From Candidatus Poseidoniales archaeon (GTDB lineage: Archaea; Thermoplasmatota; Poseidoniia; Poseidoniales; Poseidoniaceae): a stretch of 55,772 bases of DNA. This document shows positions 25,934-36,094 of this stretch, one piece after another; within the stretch, counting starts at the first letter, position 1; each line of letters opens with the position of its first letter. Below the pieces are notes generated by a model. It was not told the DNA's origin. It saw only the letters and a program-made list of their open reading frames with translations, and did not search any database. Location of the stretch: NCBI GenBank assembly GCA_009887195.1, contig QXXX01000028.1, forward strand, positions 1 to 55,772. Direction: 5' to 3'. Made by a program: the position numbers and the translations under genes.

Positions 25934-27783
25934 TTTTCACCTCCTGCTTCCGCTGCTCTTTCAGCAATCATGGCTTTTACTTCATTGATTACATCTTTGA
26001 GGTCGTCACGCATTGCTTCCTTTGCCTCTTGACGAATTTTAATTTCTCCATCTTCCATATAGATAATGTTGAGAGTCTCACCCCAATAATCATCATCTGG
26101 AGCAGGGAAGTCGTCTCTTGTATGACCACCTCTACTCTCTTCACGAGTTAATGCTGCAAGGGTTGCTGCGTATGACACATCCACCATATTTTTCAAGTCT
26201 AATGCTTGATGCCATCCCGAGTTGTATTTTCTTGAAGAACCTGGATAAGCAGCTTTTCTTCTAGTATCGAAGTTTTTCAAATCCTCGACTGCCTCATCGA
26301 GTTCTTCTCTTGTTCTGATTATGCCGACTTTTGCTTGCATCATGTCACGTAATTCATCATAGATAAGACCAGGATTTTCTCCGCCTTCATTATTGAATGG
26401 TTCTAGCATATCTGCGATTGCTGTTTTTACTTGAGATTCGTCAATAACTGGTTGTGCAAGGTCTTTGGAACGCTTAGCGGCAAATTCTCCAGCACGCTTA
26501 CCAAATACAATCAGGTCGGACAGGGAGTTACCTCCAAGCCTGTTAGCCCCATGTAAGCCAGATGCTACTTCACCGCAGGCGTATAATCCTGAAATTGTTG
26601 TTTCTTGACTTTCCGCATTAACAATTACGCCGCCCATGACATAGTGTGCGGTCGGGCCAACTTCCATTGGTTCCCGTGAAATGTCGACACCAGCCAATTC
26701 CTTGAATTGGTGATGCATAGAAGGTAATTTCTTGAGAATTGCTTCTTCCCCACGATGTGAGATATCAAGGAAAGCGCCACCATGCGGCGAGCCTCTACCT
26801 GCCTTAACTTCTGAATTGATGGCTTTGGACACTACGTCACGTGTGAGAAGTTCTGGAGGTCTTCTAACCGTTGCTAATTTCCCTGAAACAATCTCTTCTA
26901 CCCATTGATCAGATTCTTCTATAGTCTCTGCATGATCACCAGCAAACATTTCTGGGACATAGTCAAACATGAATCTATCACCTTCAGAATTTGTTAATCT
27001 TCCACCTTCACCTCTGACTCCTTCGGTGACCAGTATGCCCCTTACCGAAGGTGGCCAAACCATTCCAGTTGGATGGAATTGGACAAATTCCATGTCTCTA
27101 AGTTCAGCACCTGCCCATAGTGCTAGTGCGTGACCGTCCCCGGTATATTCCCAAGAACCTGAGCAAACTGACCAAACTCTAGTAATTCCACCAGTAGCTA
27201 AGACCACCGACTTGGCTGAAAAGGCATGGAAGTCTCCATCAACTCTAGTATAGGCAACACAACCAGTAACTCTGTCACCTTCTTTGAGAAGGTGTCTTAC
27301 GGTATATTCCATAAAAATGTCAATACCTTCGTGTATGCCTCTTTCTTGTAATGTCCGAATGAGTTCAAGACCAGTAGCATCGCCAACGTGAGCTAGCCTA
27401 GGGAAGGTGTGGCCTCCGAAATTGCGCTGGTTGATTAGATTCTGTGGTGTTCTATCAAATACAGCACCCCACTGCTCTAATTCTCTAACTCTATCTGGTG
27501 CTTCTTTAGCGTGATATTCTGCCATTTGCCAATTAGCAAGCCATTTACTACCCTTCATAGTGTCATGGAAATGTACTTTCCAGCCATCACGAGGGTCTGC
27601 GTTTTGTAGAGCAGCGGCACATCCACCTTCAGCCATTACAGTATGCGCCTTCCCTAGTAGAGATTTAGTGATTATAGCAGTTTTAGCACCGCTACGGGCT
27701 GCTTCTATTGCCGCGCGAAGACCTGCACCTCCTGCACCTATCACAATAACATCATATTCGTATTTCTTGTAATCTTCTGTCAT
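25930..27783 (-). CDS. sdhA: Succinate dehydrogenase/fumarate reductase flavoprotein subunit
   Basis: 617 aa. Motifs: VIVIGAGGAGLRAA, the AHTVMAEGG His site, FHPTG, RGEGG and GANRLGGNSL. Confidence 0.95.
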   Translation of the reverse strand: MTEDYKKYEYDVIVIGAGGAGLRAAIEAARSGAKTAIITKSLLGKAHTVMAEGGCAAALQNADPRDGWKVHFHDTMKGSKWLANWQMAEYHAKEAPDRVRELEQWGAVFDRTPQNLINQRNFGGHTFPRLAHVGDATGLELIRTLQERGIHEGIDIFMEYTVRHLLKEGDRVTGCVAYTRVDGDFHAFSAKSVVLATGGITRVWSVCSGSWEYTGDGHALALWAGAELRDMEFVQFHPTGMVWPPSVRGILVTEGVRGEGGRLTNSEGDRFMFDYVPEMFAGDHAETIEESDQWVEEIVSGKLATVRRPPELLTRDVVSKAINSEVKAGRGSPHGGAFLDISHRGEEAILKKLPSMHHQFKELAGVDISREPMEVGPTAHYVMGGVIVNAESQETTISGLYACGEVASGLHGANRLGGNSLSDLIVFGKRAGEFAAKRSKDLAQPVIDESQVKTAIADMLEPFNNEGGENPGLIYDELRDMMQAKVGIIRTREELDEAVEDLKNFDTRRKAAYPGSSRKYNSGWHQALDLKNMVDVSYAATLAALTREESRGGHTRDDFPAPDDDYWGETLNIIYMEDGEIKIRQEAKEAMRDDLKDVINEVKAMIAERAAEAGGEN

Positions 27784-27792
27784 ATTTTCACC

Positions 27793-28689
27793 TCAAAAAA
27801 GTATCAAATTCCATTCAGCAAGTCCGGTTAAATAACCTTCATTGTAAGCTAGCACCCATAGATCGCCAACAAAAACGAACGCAAGAGAGGTCCAGAACCA
27901 GAAACCATGAGAACGATTTGCTATGCTTAATTTGTCAAAAATTCTACCTCGTATTCTACTTATGCCTGTAGTCCAACGATCTAGTGCACCACCAGCGAGG
28001 TGCCTAAGAGCGTGACAAGAAGTAACATACATTGTTAATAAAAAGGCCTCTATAGCCATTATGAAGGTCCCAATGGAGAAGCCATATTGACCATCTTCAA
28101 ACGTTAGAGTATGAGTAACATCCCACCACTTAATGGCGATAATTATCATTGCGGCATAGAGAAAATATCTGTGTAAGTTGTTGAGAATGAAAACGCGTTT
28201 CTCGCCCTTGTACCCTAGTTTCTTATTGATGTCGGGTTCGTCGACCCAGCAAGCTGTTGGGCTGGCAAAAAAGGTCCTATAGTAGACCCTGCGCATGTAG
28301 TAGCAAGTACCTCTAAATCCAAATGGAATCCACAAGACTAGAATTGCTGCATTGACCCAATGCGGATGCTCCCAAGCGGATAAGCCGAATAAATCCCATT
28401 CTAGAATGTTAGGAGAAAAGATTGGAGACATAACAGTACTCCCGTCTAAGTCGTATGAAATACCGGTATCGTGCAAAAATAATCGCCAGAAGGTGTAGAT
28501 TAGTGCGAATGTCAATGCAAAACCCATAGCCAGTGGCTGAGCCCACCATTTATCTACACGGTCAGTGCGACCCAGTCCATTGATTACTGGCAGTTTTATT
28601 CCTTCACCCAAAGTTCTCACAGCCTTCCCCTGAGGGGGGGAACACTCTATGCCTATCGCGCACAGTCTTTGAGGTTGATTATTTGGCAC
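27793..28689 (-). CDS. sdhC: Putative succinate dehydrogenase membrane anchor (single large cytochrome b-type subunit)
   Basis: 298 aa with ~5 TMs and conserved-looking His residues in the TM regions (FLHD, WEHPHW, LHRYF, CHALRH). It lies 9 nt upstream of sdhA. The assignment rests on position and topology, not on recognised sequence identity. Confidence 0.5.
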   Translation of the reverse strand: MPNNQPQRLCAIGIECSPPQGKAVRTLGEGIKLPVINGLGRTDRVDKWWAQPLAMGFALTFALIYTFWRLFLHDTGISYDLDGSTVMSPIFSPNILEWDLFGLSAWEHPHWVNAAILVLWIPFGFRGTCYYMRRVYYRTFFASPTACWVDEPDINKKLGYKGEKRVFILNNLHRYFLYAAMIIIAIKWWDVTHTLTFEDGQYGFSIGTFIMAIEAFLLTMYVTSCHALRHLAGGALDRWTTGISRIRGRIFDKLSIANRSHGFWFWTSLAFVFVGDLWVLAYNEGYLTGLAEWNLILF

Positions 28690-28695
28690 ATGTGT

Positions 28696-29307
28696 TCAAC
28701 CTGCTATTTTATTCACTACATCCATTGCTTCTTCTACCATAGTGTAGTTAGCCCAGTAGGATTTTGATTGCCACATTTTGATGCCATCTTGGCCGATCAG
28801 TTGCACGGTTGGCGTAACTGGATTGCCAAATCCTTCAACTATCGAAAACTGAGTAGTCTCACCTGTTTCAAAATCTGTTAGCCTGCTTGATTCATTCGGC
28901 AGGACAATTGGCCACGGAGTATAATTGGAATCGTTATCATCATTGCCAAATGCCTTCATGACCGTCGCAGGTGATTCAACTTCTGACCACCTGTGCATAC
29001 TGATGATGGAAACTGAAGAAGTATTGATGGTGCCATTATTGATTGATTCACGCAACATGTCGGTCCAATCATGACACCCTGAGCATCCTGCTGCAATCCA
29101 AAGCATCAGCACTGGTTTAGAATCTAATGCTTCTTTTAAGTCAAATAACGAGCCGCCGTCTTCGTCTCGTTCCAGCGTATCAGCAGTGAATGACAATTGT
29201 AGGGGTACTTCAGTCTGTATTGATTCTTCAATTGGAGCTGTGCAGCCGCATATTACAATGGTCAAACAAAGTAAAATTGTTAGAAGTTTAGGCTGCATGA
29301 CCTTCAC
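28696..29307 (-). CDS. Thioredoxin-fold lipoprotein (TlpA/ResA-like, CxxC)
   Basis: 203 aa with a signal peptide plus lipobox (VICGC) and the active-site-like motif WIAAGCSGCHDW. It overlaps the crtI 3' end by 20 nt and ends 6 nt before sdhC. Confidence 0.6.
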   Translation of the reverse strand: MKVMQPKLLTILLCLTIVICGCTAPIEESIQTEVPLQLSFTADTLERDEDGGSLFDLKEALDSKPVLMLWIAAGCSGCHDWTDMLRESINNGTINTSSVSIISMHRWSEVESPATVMKAFGNDDNDSNYTPWPIVLPNESSRLTDFETGETTQFSIVEGFGNPVTPTVQLIGQDGIKMWQSKSYWANYTMVEEAMDVVNKIAG

Positions 29308-30901
29308 CAGTTGCTTGGTTTCGGTTAGCTGATACAGAGTCGTTAGCCTTTACTTTGGGCTTTTTAACATCTTGGAACCAGTTACTGACTCCGTTCCAAT
29401 CAGGATCTAGGCCAAGATCTGCACAAATCAACTTACTGCTGATTCTAGCACTTTCAAAGATAGTTGGCAGTCCGCTGCCAGGATGGGTACCGCCGCCAAC
29501 TATGTACAAATTCTTGGCTTCTTCAAATCTATTTTGAGGTCTTCTCCACAGCATTTGACCGAGATTGTGTGTTAAATTGAACACAGCACCTCGGTAGATA
29601 TCGGAGGCGCCCCAATCATCTGGAGTAACAATGGTTTCTGACACAATGTGATCTGCAACATCATCATAGCCTAACTTTGCCATTTGCTTGATTACTATAT
29701 CGCGGTATTCGTCTTTTATTTCTTCCCAATTTATCGATTCGTGTTGGTTTGGCACCGGTACTAAGACATACAGCGTTGAACAACCCTCAGGCGCCATATC
29801 TGGGTCGGTAACACAGGCATTTTGCACATACAAGGATGGGTCGTCCCAAGTAATTTTGTGGTTGGTGATGTCATTTAGGTTCTCCTCGTACCGTTGGGAC
29901 GCATAGATTTGGTGATGAGGCATATCTGGATAGGTTTTATCCATACCAAGATAAAGCATGTAAGTGGAGCAAGAGTAACCTTTCTTTTCCAGTTTCTTGT
30001 TTGACCATTTCTTACGCTTCTCATCTGGGACAAGGGTGGTCATGGCGTGGGCAAAGTCTGCATTTACTACTACTTTGTCGGCATAGATAGTCTCGTTCTC
30101 AAGTTTGACACCTACCACGTTTTTACCTTCGTATATCAGTTTCTTTACCGGGGTTGAGGTTCTTATTTTGGCACCAAAACCTTCGGCAATCTTAGCCAGT
30201 TTTGGAGTAATTGAACCAAGTCCACCTCTAGCATGGAAAATACCGTGTTCATACTCTAGGAAGGCTAGAATGGTGAATAAGGATGGTGCGTGGAATGGAC
30301 TCATACCGAGATATTTTGTTTGAAATGACATGGCTAGACGAATTCTTTCGTCATCGAAGTTCTTACGCAAATCGCTTGCTACTGATGCCCACGGCTTCAA
30401 TACCTTAGCAACTCGCAAGGCTCTTTTAGTGAACAGATTTGACGGGCCTGTCCACGGTGTTTGTAGACATTGTTTGGACAAGTTCAATTTCTGGCGGTTG
30501 TCTTTAACATACTTTTCGAATCCACGGGCGTTTTTGTCGCCAGACAATTCACGGATTCTTTCGGTCATCAAATCTAGGTTACTAGTGGCGTTAATGTGTC
30601 CGCCTGCACCAAATACCAAACGGTATGAGGGGTCAATCAGCGGCATTAGTTCTAGTTCCTTGTGGGCGTCTAATCCAACAGCTTGGAAAATTTGTTCGAT
30701 AACTTCGGGGAAGTGGAAGAAAGTTGGGCCACGATCGTAGGTAAATCCATCTTTGTGAACTAATTTAGTTCTGCCACCAACAGCGTCTTCTTTTTCGATT
30801 ACAGTTACATCGACTCCAGAATAGGCTAGTAGCATTGCACTTGCTAGTCCACCGGGTCCAGCGCCGACGATTATTGTTGTAGGTTTAGCCTTGGCTTGCA
30901 T
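29288..30901 (-). CDS. crtI: Phytoene desaturase family (CrtI-type carotenoid desaturase)
   Basis: 537 aa. Motifs: the FAD fold IIVGAGPGGLASAMLLA...VIEKEDAVGGR and the C-terminal YIVGGGTHPGSGLPTIFESA signature. The exact desaturation specificity cannot be called. Confidence 0.85.
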   Translation of the reverse strand: MQAKAKPTTIIVGAGPGGLASAMLLAYSGVDVTVIEKEDAVGGRTKLVHKDGFTYDRGPTFFHFPEVIEQIFQAVGLDAHKELELMPLIDPSYRLVFGAGGHINATSNLDLMTERIRELSGDKNARGFEKYVKDNRQKLNLSKQCLQTPWTGPSNLFTKRALRVAKVLKPWASVASDLRKNFDDERIRLAMSFQTKYLGMSPFHAPSLFTILAFLEYEHGIFHARGGLGSITPKLAKIAEGFGAKIRTSTPVKKLIYEGKNVVGVKLENETIYADKVVVNADFAHAMTTLVPDEKRKKWSNKKLEKKGYSCSTYMLYLGMDKTYPDMPHHQIYASQRYEENLNDITNHKITWDDPSLYVQNACVTDPDMAPEGCSTLYVLVPVPNQHESINWEEIKDEYRDIVIKQMAKLGYDDVADHIVSETIVTPDDWGASDIYRGAVFNLTHNLGQMLWRRPQNRFEEAKNLYIVGGGTHPGSGLPTIFESARISSKLICADLGLDPDWNGVSNWFQDVKKPKVKANDSVSANRNQATGEGHAA

Positions 30902-30988
30902 GGTACGACTCCAATCAGACTGACATATAAAGAAGAGTTTAATTCCGTGATATATGGGTGAATAATCAACCTTCTATGCGGCGTTTTG

Positions 30989-32224
30989 TCATAGGTTTTT
31001 TACCAAATTTACCGCAGATTGTAGCGCACCTTCAACACTGCCGTGATAAGTATGATCTCCACATTCGAGAAACTGGTTGTTTCGGTTGATGTTATCAAAA
31101 TCACTGGAGGAGAGTTCTGGCAAGGCTGCAGTAATGTGCTGAACATCTAGCAGACCCCATTCCCCAACTTGCTTACCGAACCATTCTGTTAATTCTTCAA
31201 CTGCAGCCTTTGATATCTCTTCTTTACTATTGATACCCTTTTTATCAGCGTGCTCACCAACAATTGTCACGGTGATCAATGATTTGTCCTCTGGCGCGTA
31301 ACTTGGTTGAATATCAGACGGCACTGCTATGTGTGATATCAATTTGTTTTGTGTGTTAATATTGGAATTCAACATAATGAACTTCTGCTTGAGCGGTGAT
31401 TTGGGCGCAGAAAAATGCACTGTCCATACTGACCTGGTTATCTTTCCTGCAACCCCATCATAGGCCTTTATAATGCGAGAATATTTTTTCGTCTTGTTAT
31501 CAACAATTAATTCGTTGTCGTTGATTATTTTGACGTCTGCTTTGAGAGTTAGTTTGGTATTTTCTAATTTGTCAAATAAAAACTGTGGCACTGCTGAGAT
31601 TCCTTGCTTAGGCAAAACCATATCGCCTCTCGACATATTCTTGAACACAAATTTGAACATTCGGGCATCGGTTCTTAGACTAGATTCAAGAAATATTCCG
31701 CCAAATAGCGGGGAAAAAAATCTGTCTATGAAGGATTTTGAGAATCCCCTAGAAGTTAAAAATTCACGCGTAGTTTGTCCAGGTTGAGTGAAAATTTCTT
31801 CATCTGGTGTGCGCATTACATGCCAACGTAATAATCCAACTCTTAGCAGGTTGAGTGGCGAAGTGAACAAATTAATGGCGCCCATCATTCCAGTTATTGG
31901 ACGGCGAAACGGGTCCGCAAAACACCATATTTTGGATTTTCTTGGGCGGGCTTCAATTACTAACGCACCAGGATGGAAAGGTCGGCAATTCATGGCTTGA
32001 TAATCAAAGACAGTACTTGCTAACGGATATCCTGTTTGTAGTACGTGAAACCCTTGGTCAAGAATAAAACCCGATTTCTCAGTGCTTGCCATCCTACCGC
32101 CAATTTTGGCAGATTTTTCAAACAGTTCTACCTCAAACCCTTTTTCTTCCAGTAAGTATGAACAGTAGAGGCCAGAAATGCCGGCACCAATTACTGCGAT
32201 TTTTTCACTCATTGGACCACTCAT
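30989..32224 (-). CDS. FAD-dependent oxidoreductase, amine-oxidase/CrtI-like superfamily
   Basis: 411 aa with IAVIGAGISGLYCSYLL...LFEKSAKIGGR and a C-terminal CGDHTYHGSVEGALQSA. It overlaps the upstream ABC1 gene by 4 nt. Confidence 0.65.
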   Translation of the reverse strand: MSGPMSEKIAVIGAGISGLYCSYLLEEKGFEVELFEKSAKIGGRMASTEKSGFILDQGFHVLQTGYPLASTVFDYQAMNCRPFHPGALVIEARPRKSKIWCFADPFRRPITGMMGAINLFTSPLNLLRVGLLRWHVMRTPDEEIFTQPGQTTREFLTSRGFSKSFIDRFFSPLFGGIFLESSLRTDARMFKFVFKNMSRGDMVLPKQGISAVPQFLFDKLENTKLTLKADVKIINDNELIVDNKTKKYSRIIKAYDGVAGKITRSVWTVHFSAPKSPLKQKFIMLNSNINTQNKLISHIAVPSDIQPSYAPEDKSLITVTIVGEHADKKGINSKEEISKAAVEELTEWFGKQVGEWGLLDVQHITAALPELSSSDFDNINRNNQFLECGDHTYHGSVEGALQSAVNLVKNL

Positions 32225-33483
32225 GCAGATACTGTATCAAGACCTAATTTAAACTTGAATTCATCTAAATATGGTCCCATCGATTTAATCAACAGAGCAT
32301 CAGGGTGAGTTCTAATAACTAGTCCATCTAGATACATTAGGGCTCTTATTATTGGGAATGCTTCTTCACCAAACTCGGCGTTGGCTAATTCCACAGCGGC
32401 CCGTACCGTTTGCATCATTACTCTAGTCAAACTCTGCTCGCCAACTGGTTTCTTTTCGAAATCGAAGTATATCTCATGCATTCTACTCATGTATTTTTGC
32501 ATCTTTTTACCTGTTGGCTTCTTGTTAGTCATATCCAGTAGTGCAATGAAAGCTTCATCTAATTCTTGCTTGGATAAATGTTCAAAGAAATTGAATAGCG
32601 AGCGGTTTACGAATTCCGGAGCATGACAAATAGCACCGTTATCAATAAACACAAACTTACCTTCATTATCGATTATACAATTACCAGGATGAAGGTCACC
32701 GTGGAAGGTCCCAATACCAAACAAATACGCCCCGTGAATTCTAAACAATTCCAGTAGAGTCTCCCATTTCAACGATTTATTTTCGATGCCCTCTTCTAAT
32801 GACATTCCTTCGATGAATTCAGACACTAAGACATTTTCATTCGATAGTTCTGGGTAATATTGGGGAAACCTGAGCAGGGGTGTTGCAAAATCATCAGCGA
32901 TATCCTGCTGTATTTTAGACAGTTCATTAGCACCTAAAATCTCGTTACGCAAATCAAGTTCCCTAGTGGTGTAATCTGCAACGTGATTTAGCAAAGCCAT
33001 AGGGTTACCGACTTTTCTAAGTCTTGGTGATAATATCAAGAACATGCGTAACCATGACCGCATTCTGTCTACCTCTTTGCGAAACTTGACTGCATTTGCC
33101 TGCTTTACGAATTTAATTACTACTTGGTCGCCGTTGTGTAATACTGCACGATGTACTTGCCCAACAGAGGCTGCCGCTAGGGGCTTTTCTTCGATTGATT
33201 TGAACTTCTCAAAGAAACCAGGGATTGCTTTACTTTTTAGAGTAGCCTCCCAATCTTCTTGAGGGATAGATGCGGCGTGTTGGTATAATTGCTGAAGTTG
33301 TTTGCACTTATCTTCACCAAGAAGATCAGGCCTTAAGGCAAAGATTTGAGCGAGTTTCACCGCCATCAATCCTTGCTTTTGAATCCAGTCTAGATCAGCA
33401 GGTCGCTTACGCATTATTTGACGCATAAACCTAAAGAAAGTCAGCATTCGCATAACAATCAATCCATGCTTTGAGTTTATCAA
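32221..33483 (-). CDS. ABC1/UbiB-family atypical protein kinase
   Basis: 420 aa. Motifs: KLAQIFALRPDLL, PLAAASVGQVHRA, VVIKFVKQ and FHGDLHPGNCII. Confidence 0.85.
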   Translation of the reverse strand: MINSKHGLIVMRMLTFFRFMRQIMRKRPADLDWIQKQGLMAVKLAQIFALRPDLLGEDKCKQLQQLYQHAASIPQEDWEATLKSKAIPGFFEKFKSIEEKPLAAASVGQVHRAVLHNGDQVVIKFVKQANAVKFRKEVDRMRSWLRMFLILSPRLRKVGNPMALLNHVADYTTRELDLRNEILGANELSKIQQDIADDFATPLLRFPQYYPELSNENVLVSEFIEGMSLEEGIENKSLKWETLLELFRIHGAYLFGIGTFHGDLHPGNCIIDNEGKFVFIDNGAICHAPEFVNRSLFNFFEHLSKQELDEAFIALLDMTNKKPTGKKMQKYMSRMHEIYFDFEKKPVGEQSLTRVMMQTVRAAVELANAEFGEEAFPIIRALMYLDGLVIRTHPDALLIKSMGPYLDEFKFKLGLDTVSA

Positions 33484-33495
33484 ACCGTGTATGGT

Positions 33496-34878
33496 TCAAT
33501 CTTCGCTCTCTTCGATGAAAATGAGCGTATAGCGCCATAGTTCACCGTCATCTTGACCGGTTTCTCGCCTAATTCTTACATCACTATCCTCTGGGTATCT
33601 TGACCGCAGAGCACCTTCAATAATTCCATCATCTAATTCCCAAAGTGGGAGAACATCTGCTTTTTCTACTGGTGGATGAGTTAGATTTACTTTGATGTGA
33701 AAGAAAGGAACGGTATCGTATTCAAGTTCCCCAAGTCCTGCATATTCCCACCAATCCATTAATTCGCTGAGGAATTCGACGTGACCCTCGATTTTGCGAA
33801 GACTAAATGCTAATTCTTCACCGATTCGATGACCAACCTGTCTCAACATGGTTTTGATATCAATCCCAAGTTGATGAAGACTAAACACTGTACCATCTTG
33901 CAACGCGACCCTTGCTTGATTAATCTCGTTACTAGAAGCTAGGAATGTATCTGGATTGAATGGTGTATCTTCATCTGGTAATTCACCACTGAAGCCTAAT
34001 GCTTCTCTAAATTGTTCCAAGAAGGAGCCTTCACCCACAGTGAGTCTGAGCGGGTCGACGATCCTCTCTTCAGTGAAGCGTTTCTTCGCGCTGCTAAAGT
34101 CCACAGCTCGGCTCCAAATAGCCATCATGAATTCGTAATGTGAAGCGGCGAAAACTTCAGAGGAAACCACCAATGCTGCATCTTCACGGCCTCTTCCTAC
34201 TGGATTTTGTTCAACAAACAAAAACTGGATAACATCAGTTTGGTCTTTGAGGACACCGAGTGAATTAACTTCGTCAGAATGACGGATTTCTATCGATTCG
34301 TGTAATTGGTCAAAAAATTTCAACGTTCTTCGGTCCAATTGGGCGAGAACTTTGATGATTACTCCTCGCTCTGCGGCTGAGTTTACTTCTTCTATGGAGG
34401 GGGATCTGCACATGTGAAGTATCCCATATCTGCCTAGAAAGAGAACTAATTGCCCGTCTGCTTCGTTGGCTAGCTCACCAATTTTCTTTTGCACGTGATC
34501 TCGGCCCTTCAATACGGCGAATTTAGCGTTGGAATCACCCTGTTGAGAATCATTTTCTAGCGCATCGTCTGTTGCACCAGACATAATATTTTCAAATGCT
34601 TTTGTAGTTCTGTCAATTCTTGATTTTTGATCTTTTATCAACTTCTTGAATAGCACAGGTAGTGAAGAACATGAAAACTTCATCGGCCTATCTGCGGTAA
34701 CGTTTACCAAACCGATTTGGGTTAACCTTGACAGTGAGTTATATGCATCAAGTCTATTTGTACCAAGTTTTTTTGCTAAATCACTCGCTTTCAATTCTTT
34801 GGAAGATGATAATAACACCAGTGACCTAGCTTCCCTATCTGTTAGTCCGGCTTCCTCGAATAATTCTACCCAGTCCAT
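33496..34878 (-). CDS. TrmB-family transcriptional regulator with extended C-terminal (possibly V4R-like) sensor region
   Basis: 460 aa. The N-terminal winged HTH is LFEEAGLTDREARSLVLL...ASDLAKKLGTNRLDAYNSLSRLTQIGLV, followed by a TrmB-like middle domain. The last ~120 aa (MLRQVGHRIGEELA...GLGELEY...GIIEGAL...) are reminiscent of V4R, but without the usual Cys residues. Confidence 0.7.
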   Translation of the reverse strand: MDWVELFEEAGLTDREARSLVLLSSSKELKASDLAKKLGTNRLDAYNSLSRLTQIGLVNVTADRPMKFSCSSLPVLFKKLIKDQKSRIDRTTKAFENIMSGATDDALENDSQQGDSNAKFAVLKGRDHVQKKIGELANEADGQLVLFLGRYGILHMCRSPSIEEVNSAAERGVIIKVLAQLDRRTLKFFDQLHESIEIRHSDEVNSLGVLKDQTDVIQFLFVEQNPVGRGREDAALVVSSEVFAASHYEFMMAIWSRAVDFSSAKKRFTEERIVDPLRLTVGEGSFLEQFREALGFSGELPDEDTPFNPDTFLASSNEINQARVALQDGTVFSLHQLGIDIKTMLRQVGHRIGEELAFSLRKIEGHVEFLSELMDWWEYAGLGELEYDTVPFFHIKVNLTHPPVEKADVLPLWELDDGIIEGALRSRYPEDSDVRIRRETGQDDGELWRYTLIFIEESED

Positions 34879-35352
34879 TCACTCACCATCCGAAGATAAC
34901 GTACTTAGTGTATTCAATATCTTTGCAACATGTCTACGGGGCCTAAATAGCCAGTCATAGCAGTAGTGTATCTTTCGGTCAGGGCCGACAAGAAATGAGG
35001 ATTTCCCTGGGAACTTACCCAAAAATAGCGGGACCCCATAAGCTTCCGACACTTCTCTTTCCGGATCACTGAGCAGAGGAAACGGCAAGTCTAGTTCCTC
35101 TTTGAATCGTCGGTGATCTTCTACTGAATCTTCGCTTATCCCAATTATTTCTACCGGCGGTGTTAGTGATTGGAACAATTCGTATTGTTCTTTGAAATTT
35201 AGGCATCCCCGCTTGCATGTTGGCGAGCCATCTTTGGCGTAAAAGAACAAAACTTTCCACTTACCGTCATAATCGGAAAGCGATATACTTTGGTCAGTAC
35301 TTGATTGTAATGTGAAATTTGGTGCCGTCTGGCCAATTAGTTGCTTTGACAT
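34879..35352 (-). CDS. bcp: Peroxiredoxin (AhpC/TSA family, Bcp-like)
   Basis: The ATG at 35352 is preceded by GAGGT; the ORF is open to 35379. Motifs: GQTAPNFTL and KVLFFYAKDGSPTCKRGC. The stop abuts the trmB-like start (TGAATG). Confidence 0.8.
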   Translation of the reverse strand: MSKQLIGQTAPNFTLQSSTDQSISLSDYDGKWKVLFFYAKDGSPTCKRGCLNFKEQYELFQSLTPPVEIIGISEDSVEDHRRFKEELDLPFPLLSDPEREVSEAYGVPLFLGKFPGKSSFLVGPDRKIHYCYDWLFRPRRHVAKILNTLSTLSSDGE

Positions 35353-35381
35353 TTTACTACCTCTATTTGTAAGTAGCAAGC

Positions 35382-35999
35382 CTATTCATTAAAAACGAAT
35401 GGGAGAATGTGCCCCATTCTTTTTGCCTTAGTTGACAAGTAGCCTTCGTTGAAAGAACCAAGTCCTTCAATGTGAGAAATTCTTGTTTCGATAGTAATAC
35501 CGTTATCGACCATACCCTTGATTTTCAAAGGGTTATTGGTCATCAATCTGACCTTAGTTACACCTACGCTCTTTAGCATCTCAGCACAAAAAGTATAATC
35601 TCTGGCGTCAGCAGGATGATTGAGCATTGTATTAGCGTCTAATGTATCGTATCCTAAATCCTGCAGAGAATAAGCCTTAATTTTCTCATTCAAACCTATC
35701 CCTCTACCTTCCTGACGAAGGTAGACGATTGCACCGCAACCCTCTTCTTGCACTTTTTGCATAGAAGCTTTGAGTTGGGGGCCACAATCACACTTCAGAG
35801 AAGTGAAGGCATCCCCTGTCAAACATTCTGAATGTATTCTAATCAGTGGGGTTGTTGTTCGGTCGTCTAGTCCTACTGAGAGTAGGGTATGTTCTGATCC
35901 ATTCTCATCAACCATCACACGGATTCTGAAGTTTCCGTATTCGGTTGGCAAAAATGCGTCAGCTTCAATTTGCATTGGGTCAATGGTTCCGCTTTCCAT
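35382..35999 (-). CDS. ribA: GTP cyclohydrolase II
   Basis: Motifs: the IRIHSECLTGDAFTSLKCDCGPQL zinc site, YLRQEGRGIGL and RDYT. I prefer the ATG at 35999 (N-terminus comparable to E. coli RibA, AGGTGG upstream); the ORF is open to the GTG at 36062. Confidence 0.88.
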   Translation of the reverse strand: MESGTIDPMQIEADAFLPTEYGNFRIRVMVDENGSEHTLLSVGLDDRTTTPLIRIHSECLTGDAFTSLKCDCGPQLKASMQKVQEEGCGAIVYLRQEGRGIGLNEKIKAYSLQDLGYDTLDANTMLNHPADARDYTFCAEMLKSVGVTKVRLMTNNPLKIKGMVDNGITIETRISHIEGLGSFNEGYLSTKAKRMGHILPFVFNE

Positions 36000-36062
36000 G
36001 GTCCCCTGTCGCCACCTCGTGGTTATAATGTAGTGTTTATTTTCCCGCATGAATGTAAACAC

Positions 36063-36074
36063 CGCTTTATAGCG
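36063..36074. promoter_or_regulatory. Candidate shared TATA element for divergent ribA and nudix-phr transcription
   Basis: The sequence is CGCTTTATAGCG: an AT core flanked by the palindromic arms CGC/GCG. The TTTATA centre lies ~27 nt upstream of the ATG at 36095, which would make the nudix mRNA leaderless. Confidence 0.3.
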
Positions 36075-36094
36075 TGAGAGTATTATTTGTTGGC

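Noticed and set aside
28627-28640. CCCC-TGA-GGGGGGG, a hairpin-like element similar in style to the C6-TAC-G6 hairpin.
   Set aside because: It lies inside the N-terminal coding region of the putative sdhC, where it encodes SPPQG. With only a 4-bp stem and no independent evidence of function, it is not worth reporting as a feature.
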